64,000 bases of DNA from a virus (IMGVR_UViG_3300036802_000027:918-64917), one strand, 5' to 3'; positions 29,413 through 40,074 are shown, counted from the first letter of the stretch. Notes: generated by a model not told the origin, from the sequence alone. Translations and numbers: made by a program.

Positions 29413-30066
29413 TTATGCGGATAATTTGTTAGGCTGTATGAGGTGACTAGATGCAAGTTTATATTTCATGCACTCTACTTGACTAACGACCGGCTGTATT
29501 AACTTTTCTATGTTCCAAGTGTCGTATCTTCTAAAGTAGAGAGCCCATGCGTTTGACCTTTTAATATACTGTAGTCGTGGGGTTAGACCGAACTTCGTTT
29601 TTAGGTACTCAGATATCATCTCATTCTCTTCTAAGCTAAAAGCGTTAGTAGATAAGCTATATGACAAAGAGTCTGGGTGTTTATCGTAGTAGCCGTCGTC
29701 CATAAACCATACAGCTAATGTTATTTCGTCGACTTGATGTAAAAACTCCTCCGATATCTTTTTTCGCTTATCCCTATAAATTAAACTGTGAATATCCGAG
29801 AGTGTGGGGGAACTTATTGACTGGAAATATACATAATCGTTTGGAGACTTTTTGTAAACTCCACCATCGATCAAATTAAAGTTACGCACCTCAACTAGCT
29901 TTTTAATGTGTTTATACTTCCAGAAGAGATACTCCGCCTTATTTATTGAGTGTCCCACACGTATGTTAGCCTGTTGATTTATGCTCCTCCTTCGAATTGT
30001 TGCGTCTGCTATAGCGGTTCCGAGAAGAACTTTTTTAGCGTATGCTTGTGCTTCCAAATCCCCCAC
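29413..30066 (-). mobile_element. free-standing LAGLIDADG homing endonuclease gene
   Basis: two LAGLIDADG-type motifs (VLLGTAIADAT; LAVWFMDDG); AT-rich relative to flanks; overlaps dut 3' end. Confidence 0.85.
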
Positions 30067-30622
30067 TTCCTCTCTCAGTCTCCGTCAACTCTTCGACAAC
30101 TTCAAATGTGGCGCGGATGATTGGCGTGATAATACCTTGTGCGATGCGGTCACCTTTGCGGATGATGTACGTTCCCACCGGAACCTCTCGCGGATACATA
30201 TCATAGTGGTTATCATCTGCGTAGGCATTACGATAATGGCGGGTGTCTTCCGTAACAACGCTACCGCCGTCCAGCGTCTTGTAATTACGGCATGTATCGA
30301 CGCGTACACTAATGGTCCCAGAATAACGTAACTGCGCAATGTTATCGATAATAACTTTAACTTCTCCGCGGAAATCCGCATCACATGTTCCAGGTGCGTT
30401 GCCGACTCGCAGCTTCGTATTCTTCGTGATACCCGATCGCGGACGAATCTGCATTTCGTGTCCTTCCGGAATTTCGAACGCGAGTCCCGTCGGGATTAAC
30501 GCGGTTTCACCTGGCGCGATGATAACGTCCTCGGTGGCGACTAAATCGAAGCCGGCGGATAATTGCGTCGCGTATTCCGGTACCGCGGCGTATTCGTGTA
30601 ACTTGCGTATTTTCACGTTCAT
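30035..30622 (-). CDS. dut: trimeric dUTPase
   Basis: motifs 'SAGFDL', 'QIRPRSG', 'GTCDADFRGE', 'RIAQG', 'RGSGGFGST'. Confidence 0.95.
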   Translation of the reverse strand: MNVKIRKLHEYAAVPEYATQLSAGFDLVATEDVIIAPGETALIPTGLAFEIPEGHEMQIRPRSGITKNTKLRVGNAPGTCDADFRGEVKVIIDNIAQLRYSGTISVRVDTCRNYKTLDGGSVVTEDTRHYRNAYADDNHYDMYPREVPVGTYIIRKGDRIAQGIITPIIRATFEVVEELTETERGSGGFGSTSIR

Positions 30623-30852
30623 ACTGCGTCCTCCTCTGCAAGAATCTTCGCAACGTAGCGCGCGAATATCGACTTTACTATTGCAGTCTCGTTCTCTTCG
30701 TCGCCGATCGCCTCGCTCACGGCGTTGATTATCGGTATTAAGCGGTCTATCTGCGATTCTGTTAATACATCGCTGAAATCTATATCCTCCGCATCTAACG
30801 CAACAATTAATGCGGTGACGACCATTACGTCTTCGATATGCTTCTTTGTCAT
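30619..30852 (-). CDS. hypothetical protein
   Basis: GGAGGTGA RBS; coupled to dut. Confidence 0.6.
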   Translation of the reverse strand: MTKKHIEDVMVVTALIVALDAEDIDFSDVLTESQIDRLIPIINAVSEAIGDEENETAIVKSIFARYVAKILAEEDAV

Positions 30853-30894
30853 ACTTCGATCACCTCCGTTTAGTTAATGGCGCTTCGTTTGCGT

Positions 30895-30996
30895 GTTACA
30901 AGGTATTAACGTTCGCCAATCGCCATTATCGCGATTCTGCGTAATTTTATTTCGTCTTACATATACATCAACGACGTTCAACCAATTTAGGCACAC
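30895..30996 (-). promoter_or_regulatory. two phage-specific promoter-like motifs (class A and class B)
   Basis: minus strand CGCGAT-N16-CGTTAATAC..TGTAA and GTGTGC-N17-CGTT...TGTAAG; same motifs at 43.1 and 54.5-54.7 kb. Confidence 0.6.
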
Positions 30997-31039
30997 CTAG
31001 ACGCAAAAAAGAGACGGAGTATTTCTCCGTCTCTCCGTT

Positions 31040-32071
31040 TTATAAATCGTCAAATCCGTTATCCTCGCCTACCTTACCGTAGTTACGCGATTTCCCTTCG
31101 AAGAAATCTGTCTTAGTCGTATTTAATGCGTCATCCGAGAACGGTTTAATCCACGGCATACAGTTGACGTCTACACCTTCATACGCGTTCTCAAGTCCCA
31201 TCATCCGTAGCCTGCGATTCGCAATGTACCGAATGTAATCGGACAGCTCATGCAAGTCTACGCCGCGAACGTTGGTCAGTGTATACTGCGCCCAGTTAAT
31301 TTCGAGTTCAACTGCGCTGTCGATCGTCGCGTAGGCGTAATCACGGTTAGCTTGCGTATCAAGTTCGGGATAATCCACTAGTAGTTGCTTAAATACTTCC
31401 GCGAAGAAATAACAGTGCTGGTTCTCATCGCGTTGTATATAGCTGACCATCTGCGACGTTCCCATCATCTTTTGGTCGCGTGCTAAGTTGTAGAAGAACG
31501 CGAATGTACTGTAGAAGAAAATACCTTCGAGTATTAAATCGGCGACCAGCGCTTCATAAAACGTTTGCGGCGTCTGCTCCTCACGGAAATTCTGGTAGAT
31601 GTCGGATATAAATTGATTACGCGCCAGCAATACGGGATCATTCTTCCAGTATTCGAATATCTCACGCTGTTCTTGCTCGGAGACTATCGACGATAACACG
31701 TAGGAATACGACTGATTATGGACAACTTCTTGCTGTCCGATGATCGCACATATTGCTTCTAGTGAGCTATCCGTAAAGTAACGCCGCACGTCGCCTACGA
31801 ACATCGTTTGCATCGAGTCCAATACGGCGAGCAATGATATATTCACCTTGAATGTGCGTTGCTCCTCCGGATCGAGACGCGTAAACTGCTGCGCGTCCTT
31901 TGCCATCGGAATTTCATCCGCGATCCAGTGGTTGAGCAATAACACCTTGTACAGCTTGTACATATGCGGCATCCGGATGTCATTCCAGTTGACTATCCCA
32001 GAGCATTCCCCGTTAATAATCCGCGTAGATTTATTCGGTGCTGTCGTGTTGAATATCGTTTGTTGGCGCAA
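31040..32071 (-). CDS. nrdF: class I ribonucleotide reductase beta subunit
   Basis: metal ligands and radical Tyr intact (LDSMQ; EVVHNQSY; LEGIFFY; RDENQH); TTG start 32071. Confidence 0.92.
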   Translation of the reverse strand: MRQQTIFNTTAPNKSTRIINGECSGIVNWNDIRMPHMYKLYKVLLLNHWIADEIPMAKDAQQFTRLDPEEQRTFKVNISLLAVLDSMQTMFVGDVRRYFTDSSLEAICAIIGQQEVVHNQSYSYVLSSIVSEQEQREIFEYWKNDPVLLARNQFISDIYQNFREEQTPQTFYEALVADLILEGIFFYSTFAFFYNLARDQKMMGTSQMVSYIQRDENQHCYFFAEVFKQLLVDYPELDTQANRDYAYATIDSAVELEINWAQYTLTNVRGVDLHELSDYIRYIANRRLRMMGLENAYEGVDVNCMPWIKPFSDDALNTTKTDFFEGKSRNYGKVGEDNGFDDL

Positions 32072-32094
32072 ATAATCGCATCCTTTTCGTTTTA

Positions 32095-34413
32095 TTATGA
32101 CGCACAGCTTTCGCACTCTTCGATCGTCAACGCGCGACTCCTCACATAGTACGTACTCTTAAGTCCCGATTTCCACGCGTCAATATGCAGTGCTAGGAAA
32201 TCCAACGCTTTAATATCCGGAGTCACATAAAGGTTGAATGACTGCGCTTGGTCAACGTGGCGCTGGCGAACGGCTGCGGCTTTAATCGACCAATGTTGGT
32301 CAATCGTAAACGCGGTCTTGTAATACCATATCGTTGCCGGCGATAAGTCCGGCGCAGGGTTAGCAATCTTATACGTTGTCTTCTCTTCGTACGAAAGCAA
32401 ATCGTATAGCGGATCGATACTCGCGGTTGATCCTGCGATAATCGACGTTGACCCGTTCGGAGCTATCGCCATTAGGTAACCGTTGCGGATTCCGTTGATA
32501 CCCACGTCAAACGCTAAATCATTCCATACACCCTCAACATACATTTCATTCGCGTCTACATACCCTCGCTTAACGAAGTACTCGCCCGTTGCCCAATCGC
32601 TACCTGCAAACGCAGGATACGCGCCTTTCTCCTTCGCTAAGTCTGCGCTCGCCTTAATCGTGAGATAGTTAATCTCTTCGTAAAGCGAATCGTTATACGC
32701 TACGGCTTCGTCCGATTCCCAACGTATTCCCTTTAGCGCGAGTAAATGATGAAGTCCGAATGTGCCGAGTCCGATAGCTCGGTATTGCTCGTTTGTATAC
32801 TGCGCCTGCAGAACATCGATGTTGTTGATATCAATTACGTTGTCTAACATGCGGACTTGTATCGGAATCAACCGTTCGAGGACATCGTTCGGGATGGCAC
32901 GCGCTAAATTAATCGATGATAAGTTGCAGACAACGAAATCACCGGGAATCTTCGTAATGATAATGCGCGTCTTTCCGTCTTTTGTAACGAGTTCTTCCGA
33001 TTCCGTAACAGTCGGCGATTGGTTCTGCATAATTTCTGTGCATAAGTTTGAAGAGTATACCATTCCGCGATGACTATTCGGATTAGCACGGTTAACCGTA
33101 TCGCGATAAAACATGTACGGAGTTCCCGTTTCAAGCTGCGATTTCATAATCCGTTTCATAATATCGATGGCCGGTACGGTGATTCGCGGTAACAGCGGAT
33201 GCGCTACGGCTTCGGCGTATTTATCGCGGAATGAACCTACGCCGATTTCCTCATCGTAGAAGTCTTCGAGTCCCCATCCGAATGTTTTACGGACTTCATG
33301 TGGACAGAATAATGTCCAATCTCCGCGTGACTCGACCGCCTCCATAAACAAATCCGGAATACATACGCCGTGGAATATGTCATGCGCCCGCATCCGCTCG
33401 TCACCGTTGTTTAATTTGAGGTCGAGGAACGATAATATGTCTTTATGAAATACGTCGAGGTATACTGCGATGGCGCCTTTACGCGTTCCAAGTTGGTTCA
33501 CGCTGACCGCCGTATTGTTAAGCTGACGAATCCATGGAATCACTCCGCTGCTAGTGTTCTTGTGTCCGCGGATATCGGAACCACGTGCCCTCACTTTTCC
33601 GAGATAAACGCCAACACCACCGCCAGTTTTACTCAATCTCGCCGCATCCGTATTGGAATCGAATATCCCCTCCAGCGAATCGTCAACGGTATCGATGAAG
33701 CATGACGACAACTGTCCGCCAGTTGCTTTTCCTGCGTTGCTTAACGTTGGCGTCGCGGTAGTCATATATAAATTACTCATCGCCCAATACGCTTCCTTAA
33801 CGAGATCAAGACGCTTCTCCGCCGGTTCCTTATGCATCAAGTACATCGCGATTACCATGTAACGTTCTTGCGGTAATTCCATCACACGGGCATCGAAATC
33901 AGTCGCCAAGTAACGCTCCGTCAACGTTAAGAGCCCGATGTAATCGAATAGTAAATCGCGTTTGTAATCGATACATGCCGAGAGCTCGTCGATCTGCGCT
34001 TTCGTATAACACTCCGTTAATTCCGTACGATAGATTCCACGTGTTACCATTTCGCTAATTAACGGATACAGCGCTCCGTATGGCTTATCGCGGTACGACT
34101 TGTATCGGCGGCTATTCGCAGCTTTCTTGTATAGTTGCGTAAGTAAGCTCCGCGCAGCAACGAATTTCCAATCCGGGGATTCCTTTGTTACGAGTTCGAG
34201 CGCTGACATCGTAAACGCGGAGCTAATCTCGTCACCACTTACGGAGTCCTGGCGGTTTAGTTTAGCGTTGACACCACGTAGCAGTTGCGTCTTATCTACG
34301 CCGCCAAGACCGCTAATTACACGGTCGGCATATGCGGAGATTCTCGAAGGATCAAACGTTAATTGTCGATTATTCGGTTTAGTTACGTATTTGATAGCGT
34401 TAATATACGTCAT
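32095..34413 (-). CDS. nrdA: class I ribonucleotide reductase alpha subunit with N-terminal ATP-cone-like region
   Basis: 'ATPTLSNAG', 'LSSCF', 'SNLCTEI', 'VCNLSSINL', 'APNGSTS', C-terminal CESC; start ATG 34413 or ATT 34404. Confidence 0.95.
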   Translation of the reverse strand: MTYINAIKYVTKPNNRQLTFDPSRISAYADRVISGLGGVDKTQLLRGVNAKLNRQDSVSGDEISSAFTMSALELVTKESPDWKFVAARSLLTQLYKKAANSRRYKSYRDKPYGALYPLISEMVTRGIYRTELTECYTKAQIDELSACIDYKRDLLFDYIGLLTLTERYLATDFDARVMELPQERYMVIAMYLMHKEPAEKRLDLVKEAYWAMSNLYMTTATPTLSNAGKATGGQLSSCFIDTVDDSLEGIFDSNTDAARLSKTGGGVGVYLGKVRARGSDIRGHKNTSSGVIPWIRQLNNTAVSVNQLGTRKGAIAVYLDVFHKDILSFLDLKLNNGDERMRAHDIFHGVCIPDLFMEAVESRGDWTLFCPHEVRKTFGWGLEDFYDEEIGVGSFRDKYAEAVAHPLLPRITVPAIDIMKRIMKSQLETGTPYMFYRDTVNRANPNSHRGMVYSSNLCTEIMQNQSPTVTESEELVTKDGKTRIIITKIPGDFVVCNLSSINLARAIPNDVLERLIPIQVRMLDNVIDINNIDVLQAQYTNEQYRAIGLGTFGLHHLLALKGIRWESDEAVAYNDSLYEEINYLTIKASADLAKEKGAYPAFAGSDWATGEYFVKRGYVDANEMYVEGVWNDLAFDVGINGIRNGYLMAIAPNGSTSIIAGSTASIDPLYDLLSYEEKTTYKIANPAPDLSPATIWYYKTAFTIDQHWSIKAAAVRQRHVDQAQSFNLYVTPDIKALDFLALHIDAWKSGLKSTYYVRSRALTIEECESCAS

Positions 34414-34582
34414 CTCCTTCGGCTCTATATTCAAGTGCCTTCGCTAACTCACGGGCATTCTCGGCTTTACGTAACTCTAACCGCGTTATATCTTCGTGAT
34501 TTCGGCGTATTACGTTAGCGATCGTTTCCGCCTCCGATTCTAGCCAGCGTATCCAGCGTTCGTTGTGTTCCGTTAGATTCAC
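34400..34582 (-). CDS. small coiled-coil hypothetical protein
   Basis: GAGGAG RBS; overlaps neighbours. Confidence 0.55.
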   Translation of the reverse strand: MNLTEHNERWIRWLESEAETIANVIRRNHEDITRLELRKAENARELAKALEYRAEGDDVY

Positions 34583-35103
34583 GCGTCAATCAACTCCTCG
34601 CGGATTAAGTATGTCAGTACCACCGTAATTGCGTCCGCCTCGTCGCCGTCCTTATTCAGCGCTAATTCCGGCAATCCGAAGTATATCCGTACAGCTTCCG
34701 ATATCATCGCCTTATCATTACGCTTACCTGGCGAAATCGTAACTCGCCGCGCCCATGCCTTTACCGTTTGGATATTGATATCGTATATTTCGTAATCTGC
34801 GAGGGCGAACTCGGTAACTCCGTGGCTCTTGAATATTTGCTTCGTCGGAATGTTAAACCGGACAATGCCGGCTTCCCTCGGGATCACGCGTTCTATCGTC
34901 GGATATTTGCCTATTATATCCGTGATGCCTGCGTGGATCTGACGCAACCGCTCGCCATCTGACAGTTTAGCGGTGGATTTGATGAGTCCGTAATCTACCA
35001 GCGTTGGCTTGCGATTAGTGACAGATATGATTGCGTAGCCGGATTTCGTGAGTGACGTATCGAGTCCAAGGTGGAGCGTTGTGCGTGCGCTAGTTTTCGG
35101 GAT
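34579..35103 (-). CDS. ruvC: RuvC-like Holliday junction resolvase (probable ATC start)
   Basis: extension upstream of track ORF gives 'LHLGLDTSLTKSGYA' (catalytic Asp) plus 'DEADAI'; GGAGG 9 nt before ATC 35103. Confidence 0.85.
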   Translation of the reverse strand: MPKTSARTTLHLGLDTSLTKSGYAIISVTNRKPTLVDYGLIKSTAKLSDGERLRQIHAGITDIIGKYPTIERVIPREAGIVRFNIPTKQIFKSHGVTEFALADYEIYDINIQTVKAWARRVTISPGKRNDKAMISEAVRIYFGLPELALNKDGDEADAITVVLTYLIREELIDA

Positions 35104-35299
35104 GTTTCGCCACCTCCGTTTCTTTGTGGACGTATCCGGAAATAAGCGAAAGTACCATTAAGATTCCGAATACGGTCCGAGTAGACAGCGAACTATCCGC
35201 ACTAAATACCATTGAGACAAAGAAAAAGAATCCGATAAATAACGCACCTATGACTCCTATATACAGGACACCATTAACTATTTTATTTATCACTTTCAT
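35090..35299 (-). CDS. small two-helix membrane protein
   Basis: two hydrophobic segments; AAGGAGG RBS. Confidence 0.65.
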   Translation of the reverse strand: MKVINKIVNGVLYIGVIGALFIGFFFFVSMVFSADSSLSTRTVFGILMVLSLISGYVHKETEVAKHPEN

Positions 35300-36327
35300 A
35301 CCGCCACCTCCTTCGTACTGTCCGCCCTAATTCGCTCAATCTCCGCTAATGCTTCCGCCGGTCCTTTCTTCTTAAACTCCGGTAAACTAGAACGTTGCAG
35401 CGCGCTGACTTGGCGTTTAATCTCCGCAAGTTCTTCGTCAGATAGTGACAACGAAACTGTCCGCTTAAAGTCCAGGAAAAGCCATTTGTCGATATCTAGT
35501 TTCGGGGGATTGCCTGTTTCCGCCGATTCCACGATGTCCGCAAAATGGTCAAGCACTTCATTGCGCATGTCTTTCGTAATGTGTAAACCGAACGCAGCAA
35601 TATCCGGATTCTTCGCAAACTCTTCCGCAGTCATATTCCACGATTTCTTCGACGCATTAACGTAGAGGATAACGTAATAATCAACGTCGTACATTTTCGA
35701 GTAGCAGACGCATTGTTTAACGTGGTCATCCTTTGGACCGTTACGCGTTGAATAGCTGGACGTCATCGCCGACGTAGTCTGCTTACTTTTGACTTCGAGT
35801 CCAACGCGGAGAATCTCGCCATCTTCCGATACGTAGCGCATAACTCCGTCGCCAGTTCCGAAGAGTGCGAAGGACTTGCCGTTATGTTTAATGACTGCGT
35901 TCATCTTCGCGAAGTCTTCGAACATCGGCTCACCATGCTGATTCCGTTCAAACGTAAACGGTGGCACAACCCCAATTGACTTTTCGTAATGTTTCTCCGC
36001 AAATAGGATATCGCGCTGGATGACGTCACCAATTGCCGTACCGATACGGACCCAACGTCCTTGATGCGGCGGCCGATCTGATGATTCCCGTTTAGCGCCG
36101 CGCATCTTTTCGTAGAGTCCCCGTGAATCGGAATTAGCGGATGATGGCGAGAAGTACGGAATACCTCGCGCCGGCCATACTTTACGTGATTTATCCGTGA
36201 GGATGTCCGAATACCAATGGTGAATTTGCGCGTCGAGTGCGTCGTCGTATACTTCTGGTGCGGAGTGCCACGAATTTAAGAATACCGTAAAGTCCTGTGC
36301 GATTTTGTCTGCGAATTGTTGTGTAAT
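35296..36327 (-). CDS. PD-(D/E)XK exonuclease (probable ATT start)
   Basis: 'GTGDG...GLEVKSK...QCVCY'; frame open to ATT 36327, 8 nt after GGAGG. Confidence 0.8.
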   Translation of the reverse strand: MTQQFADKIAQDFTVFLNSWHSAPEVYDDALDAQIHHWYSDILTDKSRKVWPARGIPYFSPSSANSDSRGLYEKMRGAKRESSDRPPHQGRWVRIGTAIGDVIQRDILFAEKHYEKSIGVVPPFTFERNQHGEPMFEDFAKMNAVIKHNGKSFALFGTGDGVMRYVSEDGEILRVGLEVKSKQTTSAMTSSYSTRNGPKDDHVKQCVCYSKMYDVDYYVILYVNASKKSWNMTAEEFAKNPDIAAFGLHITKDMRNEVLDHFADIVESAETGNPPKLDIDKWLFLDFKRTVSLSLSDEELAEIKRQVSALQRSSLPEFKKKGPAEALAEIERIRADSTKEVAV

Positions 36328-36576
36328 TTATACCGCCTCCGTTTCGTTAATAAATTCGTATTCGTACGTTTCCCCACGCTGCCCAGCTTCGTACGCTAAC
36401 GTTAGTAATCTGTGAATGCTTAGCGCACTATTTAAGTCGCGATGGAACGTATTATCTTCCGGAGAATCTACGTAAGCGCAGAAGTCTACGCTGCCACTAT
36501 CGTCGGATGTCTTAACAGATATATCCATTGAACCATACCCATCTCCATCAATATTACGTCTCTCCGTGATCTTCAT
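36328..36576 (-). CDS. hypothetical acidic protein
   Basis: AAGGAG RBS; 82 aa. Confidence 0.6.
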   Translation of the reverse strand: MKITERRNIDGDGYGSMDISVKTSDDSGSVDFCAYVDSPEDNTFHRDLNSALSIHRLLTLAYEAGQRGETYEYEFINETEAV

Positions 36577-36722
36577 TCTGCATCATCTCCTTCACTGATT
36601 TCGTTACCATCTTCCGGTCCCCATCCGCAATTTGAACACGGTTGATCGCCGTATTCGTCCGCTAAAACTCGAATTGTTTTAAGACAGTTGGGGCAACGGT
36701 AACTTGCGGTGTCGTGCGTCAT
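36573..36722 (-). CDS. 49-aa zinc-ribbon protein
   Basis: CPNC...CSNC; GAGGAGG RBS; coupled to polymerase stop; not in ORF track. Confidence 0.65.
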   Translation of the reverse strand: MTHDTASYRCPNCLKTIRVLADEYGDQPCSNCGWGPEDGNEISEGDDAE

Positions 36723-38902
36723 ATGGCGTCCTCCTCTTCGTCAAACCACGCGTCTACATCAACTTTTTTAAGCCATCTATCCGGATTTATCTCGACGTCG
36801 CATCGTATGGGACATAGTAGTTTAACCGCGTTCTCCATCGTCTGCCTAATGCGATCCAACGCATCATGCGTAATATCTCGCGGACAGTCGATAACAAGCT
36901 CATCATGTACCTGCAAGAGAATATGCGCATCATACTTCGGTAACACGGATTCGAGGTTAACGATAGCTATTTTAAGTATCGTTCCTGCGCCTTCTTGAAT
37001 CGGAAAGTTTCCCGCCATTCTCTGCGCGCTAAATATTTTCCAACGTTCCTTCGCTTTAATCTCCGCATGGAGTCTACGCTTACGTCCGAACATTCCTGTT
37101 ATATACCCGTCACGCATAACCTTCGCTTGCTGCTCGTCCATATAACGTTTGATTCCGGGATATCCACGGAAATAGTTATCGATGATTTCCTGCGCAGCTT
37201 TCTTCGTAATCTCCAACGTATCCGCGAGTTTGCCGGCGCCCATTCCGTATACAATTCCGAAGTTAACAATCTTCGCTTGCTTACGGTACTTGGCGCATTC
37301 ATGTCCTGGTGTATCCTTGAACTGCTCAACGTCCTCATACGTAAATTTACCGTTTGATATGAGTGCCGCTGTTGTCGAGTGGATATCGCGCCCCATTTCG
37401 AATGCCTTGATTAGCACCGTTTCATTTGCCATATGCGCCAATACACGTAGTTCAATCTGCGAATAGTCAATAGATACGAGAATACGGTCGATATCCGTTG
37501 CCATAAATAGATGGCGGATCTCTGGACGTTTCGCTGGTATCTGTTGCGTATTCGGGTTTTTACACGTAAATCTTCCGGTCGCTGCGCCCCATGTGTTGTG
37601 CCACGGATGAATCTTACCGTCCGACTTAACACTCTTCGGAAGCTTCGATGTAAATGCCTGGCGCAATTTATCGACGCCGCGGTATTCGAGGATCATCGGA
37701 ATAACTGGGTGTTCCTTCGCGATTCGTTTAAGCGCTCGCACACCTGTGGAACCCTTATCGTTATCTGTCAACTTCAAATCCGCGTAGAGTTTGCGCGATA
37801 ATTGAACTGGCGAATTAAGATTTATCTCCTCGCCGAGTAGTTCAAATATCTTATGTCGCATCTCCGTTTCCTCTACCGCGAATTTAGCGTCCAAATCCCA
37901 CGACATGTCCGTATCGAATCGAATACCTCGTATATCTGATTTAATGAATGCGCGACATACCGGCATCTCAACATCAAATACGAGACGCTCAATTAAACGT
38001 AAATCTTCGCGTTTCTTATACCATTGCGTAATCCAATCGTATAGCTTAAGCGTCTTCTCTGTATCGCCACCTGCGTAGACTAGCGCAATATCGAGGCTGA
38101 CTTCGAAAAACGGTGTCTTTCCGAATAGTGCGTCGAAGTTGTCACCGGGTAATTTCAGCCAATCCGCACACAAGTCTTTAAGTCGGTGGTTACGGTTCTC
38201 GTCAAAGGCCATCGCAAGAATACGTGTGTCAGCGTGTAATGCGTCGATTAAGTTGATTCCGTATTTAACCGCGAACCATTTACAATCAAACGGTGCGTTA
38301 TGCATGACGTTAGGCTTCGTTTCCAATAAACTGCGTAACACTTCGAATATACGTTCCGTAGTTAACTCCGTCTTCTCAACGTGATTTAACGGAATGTAGA
38401 ACGTTTCCTCTCGCGTTGATACGCTGAATCCCGCCATTTCACCACGCCATGGATCGAGCGCTCCGTCATCTTCTCCGAATGTTTCGCAGTCAATCGCGAT
38501 TAAGTCAGCCGCATTAATGGCAGCGTACGCTTTAGCGAGCGTAGCTTCATTCGTTACTAGCGTATAATGTGACGGAGTATTTTCGACCATTGTACGCAAC
38601 GTCTCCGCCTTATTACTCGCCTGCAAATCCGTATAAATACGCATAGCTTCCGCTTTGCTAAATCGCTTGCCAACGCAGGACGGGTGTCTGCCTGTTGCAC
38701 CCGTCTCCATCGCGTTCTTTACGACAAGTAATCGCTCGCGGTCGATATCGCTATTCTTCATTGCTAGTATACGTACCCACGCTTCCTCCACCGTTTCCGA
38801 CGCGTCCTTCTTTCGCTGAACCGCCGCCTTGACTGCTACCCGCGAAGCTGATCGCGCCGCGTCATCATCATCCGGACGATTGAGCGAAAGTTTTATTTCG
38901 AT
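36719..38902 (-). CDS. polA: family A DNA polymerase with 3'-5' exonuclease (probable ATC start)
   Basis: exo 'AIDCET', motifs 'DYSQIELR', 'KQAKIVNFGIVYG', 'QVHDELV'; AAGGAGG 9 nt before ATC 38902. Confidence 0.95.
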   Translation of the reverse strand: MEIKLSLNRPDDDDAARSASRVAVKAAVQRKKDASETVEEAWVRILAMKNSDIDRERLLVVKNAMETGATGRHPSCVGKRFSKAEAMRIYTDLQASNKAETLRTMVENTPSHYTLVTNEATLAKAYAAINAADLIAIDCETFGEDDGALDPWRGEMAGFSVSTREETFYIPLNHVEKTELTTERIFEVLRSLLETKPNVMHNAPFDCKWFAVKYGINLIDALHADTRILAMAFDENRNHRLKDLCADWLKLPGDNFDALFGKTPFFEVSLDIALVYAGGDTEKTLKLYDWITQWYKKREDLRLIERLVFDVEMPVCRAFIKSDIRGIRFDTDMSWDLDAKFAVEETEMRHKIFELLGEEINLNSPVQLSRKLYADLKLTDNDKGSTGVRALKRIAKEHPVIPMILEYRGVDKLRQAFTSKLPKSVKSDGKIHPWHNTWGAATGRFTCKNPNTQQIPAKRPEIRHLFMATDIDRILVSIDYSQIELRVLAHMANETVLIKAFEMGRDIHSTTAALISNGKFTYEDVEQFKDTPGHECAKYRKQAKIVNFGIVYGMGAGKLADTLEITKKAAQEIIDNYFRGYPGIKRYMDEQQAKVMRDGYITGMFGRKRRLHAEIKAKERWKIFSAQRMAGNFPIQEGAGTILKIAIVNLESVLPKYDAHILLQVHDELVIDCPRDITHDALDRIRQTMENAVKLLCPIRCDVEINPDRWLKKVDVDAWFDEEEDAI

Positions 38903-40074
38903 GGGGATGCGCCTCCTTGCGAAAGGTCGAAACGCTGTTCGACCGGAGTTACGAGTTTAACCCACGAAGTATCCCCGAGATAACTGTCTCCAAAATCAAA
39001 ATCATTACCGTGCAAGTTTCGGATAATTGCGATTGATCCTTTCGGATAATCCAATGCTCCCGTATTTTTCGTAAATTCTACGACGTCACCGTCTTTAAGC
39101 TCGCCGACCTTACGCCCGATTGTAGCCCACTTCGCCTCCTCAGCGGGCACTTTTTCGATATCCTTCGCGTTAATATATCCATAAGTATTTTTACCGACGC
39201 GATCTACTTTGAAATCGAATATAGTACCAATAAGTCCGGTCGAATTATCGGATGTAATCTTGACCACGTCCCCCGTACGGTATTCCATTACGTCGCGAAC
39301 TACCTTAGCGTGATCACCTACGTTAAACTCCGGTTTTGGCTTCGTAGCTTCTTCGTATTCTTCACGTGTAATCTTACGGAGTGCGTCAGCGTTGCAGAAT
39401 CCTCCCGATCCCTTCGCGTCTTTTATAGTTAGCGCGCTTCTGCCTCCGTCAAGTAAGGATTTCGGCGTTACGACTACGTAATCTCCGTTACTAAACCCGT
39501 GCATACAATAAGGATTTTTACGGATAATCACCGCGTAGCCACCATCCGCAAACTCTCCGATAGCTTTCGTACGTTCAACGGACTTCTTAGCAGCGGCTAC
39601 TTCTGCGTCGGTTGCGCGGACTAGGCGTTCTGCCTTAGATACCGATATTTCTCCGTCAGTAACTCTAGTCATCCAGTACGGTGTTTTACTTCCGTCATCA
39701 TCCGTTATCTTGTGAATACTGCCGAGGATTACTGCCCTACAAGGGCTTGACCCATCGATTGGATCCTCGCTGATCACTTTCGCATACTCTCCGACTTTCA
39801 AACGCTCAGGCTGTGGTGCTGGCGATGGTTCCGCCACCTTTTCGTAGACTTTGAAGTCTTCTGGGTATTTTTCGAAAGGTTTGCAGAGGTCATTGACATC
39901 ATCTACAACGCCCGGACCCTCCACCACTGGATAGAACCCGCCATACTGTAGGTCGTAATCACTCGAAATTACTTTAACGATATCGCCCGCCTGTGCCTTA
40001 CGCTCAACTTTACGATACTTGATACCATCTACCTCTACGTCCATTACCGGAGTTACCCCGTTTAATTTTGCCAT
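38893..40074 (-). CDS. protein of ~5 tandem SH3/KOW-like beta-barrel domains
   Basis: repeated '(F/L)xVG(D/E)xAKV' units. Confidence 0.7.
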   Translation of the reverse strand: MAKLNGVTPVMDVEVDGIKYRKVERKAQAGDIVKVISSDYDLQYGGFYPVVEGPGVVDDVNDLCKPFEKYPEDFKVYEKVAEPSPAPQPERLKVGEYAKVISEDPIDGSSPCRAVILGSIHKITDDDGSKTPYWMTRVTDGEISVSKAERLVRATDAEVAAAKKSVERTKAIGEFADGGYAVIIRKNPYCMHGFSNGDYVVVTPKSLLDGGRSALTIKDAKGSGGFCNADALRKITREEYEEATKPKPEFNVGDHAKVVRDVMEYRTGDVVKITSDNSTGLIGTIFDFKVDRVGKNTYGYINAKDIEKVPAEEAKWATIGRKVGELKDGDVVEFTKNTGALDYPKGSIAIIRNLHGNDFDFGDSYLGDTSWVKLVTPVEQRFDLSQGGASPSK

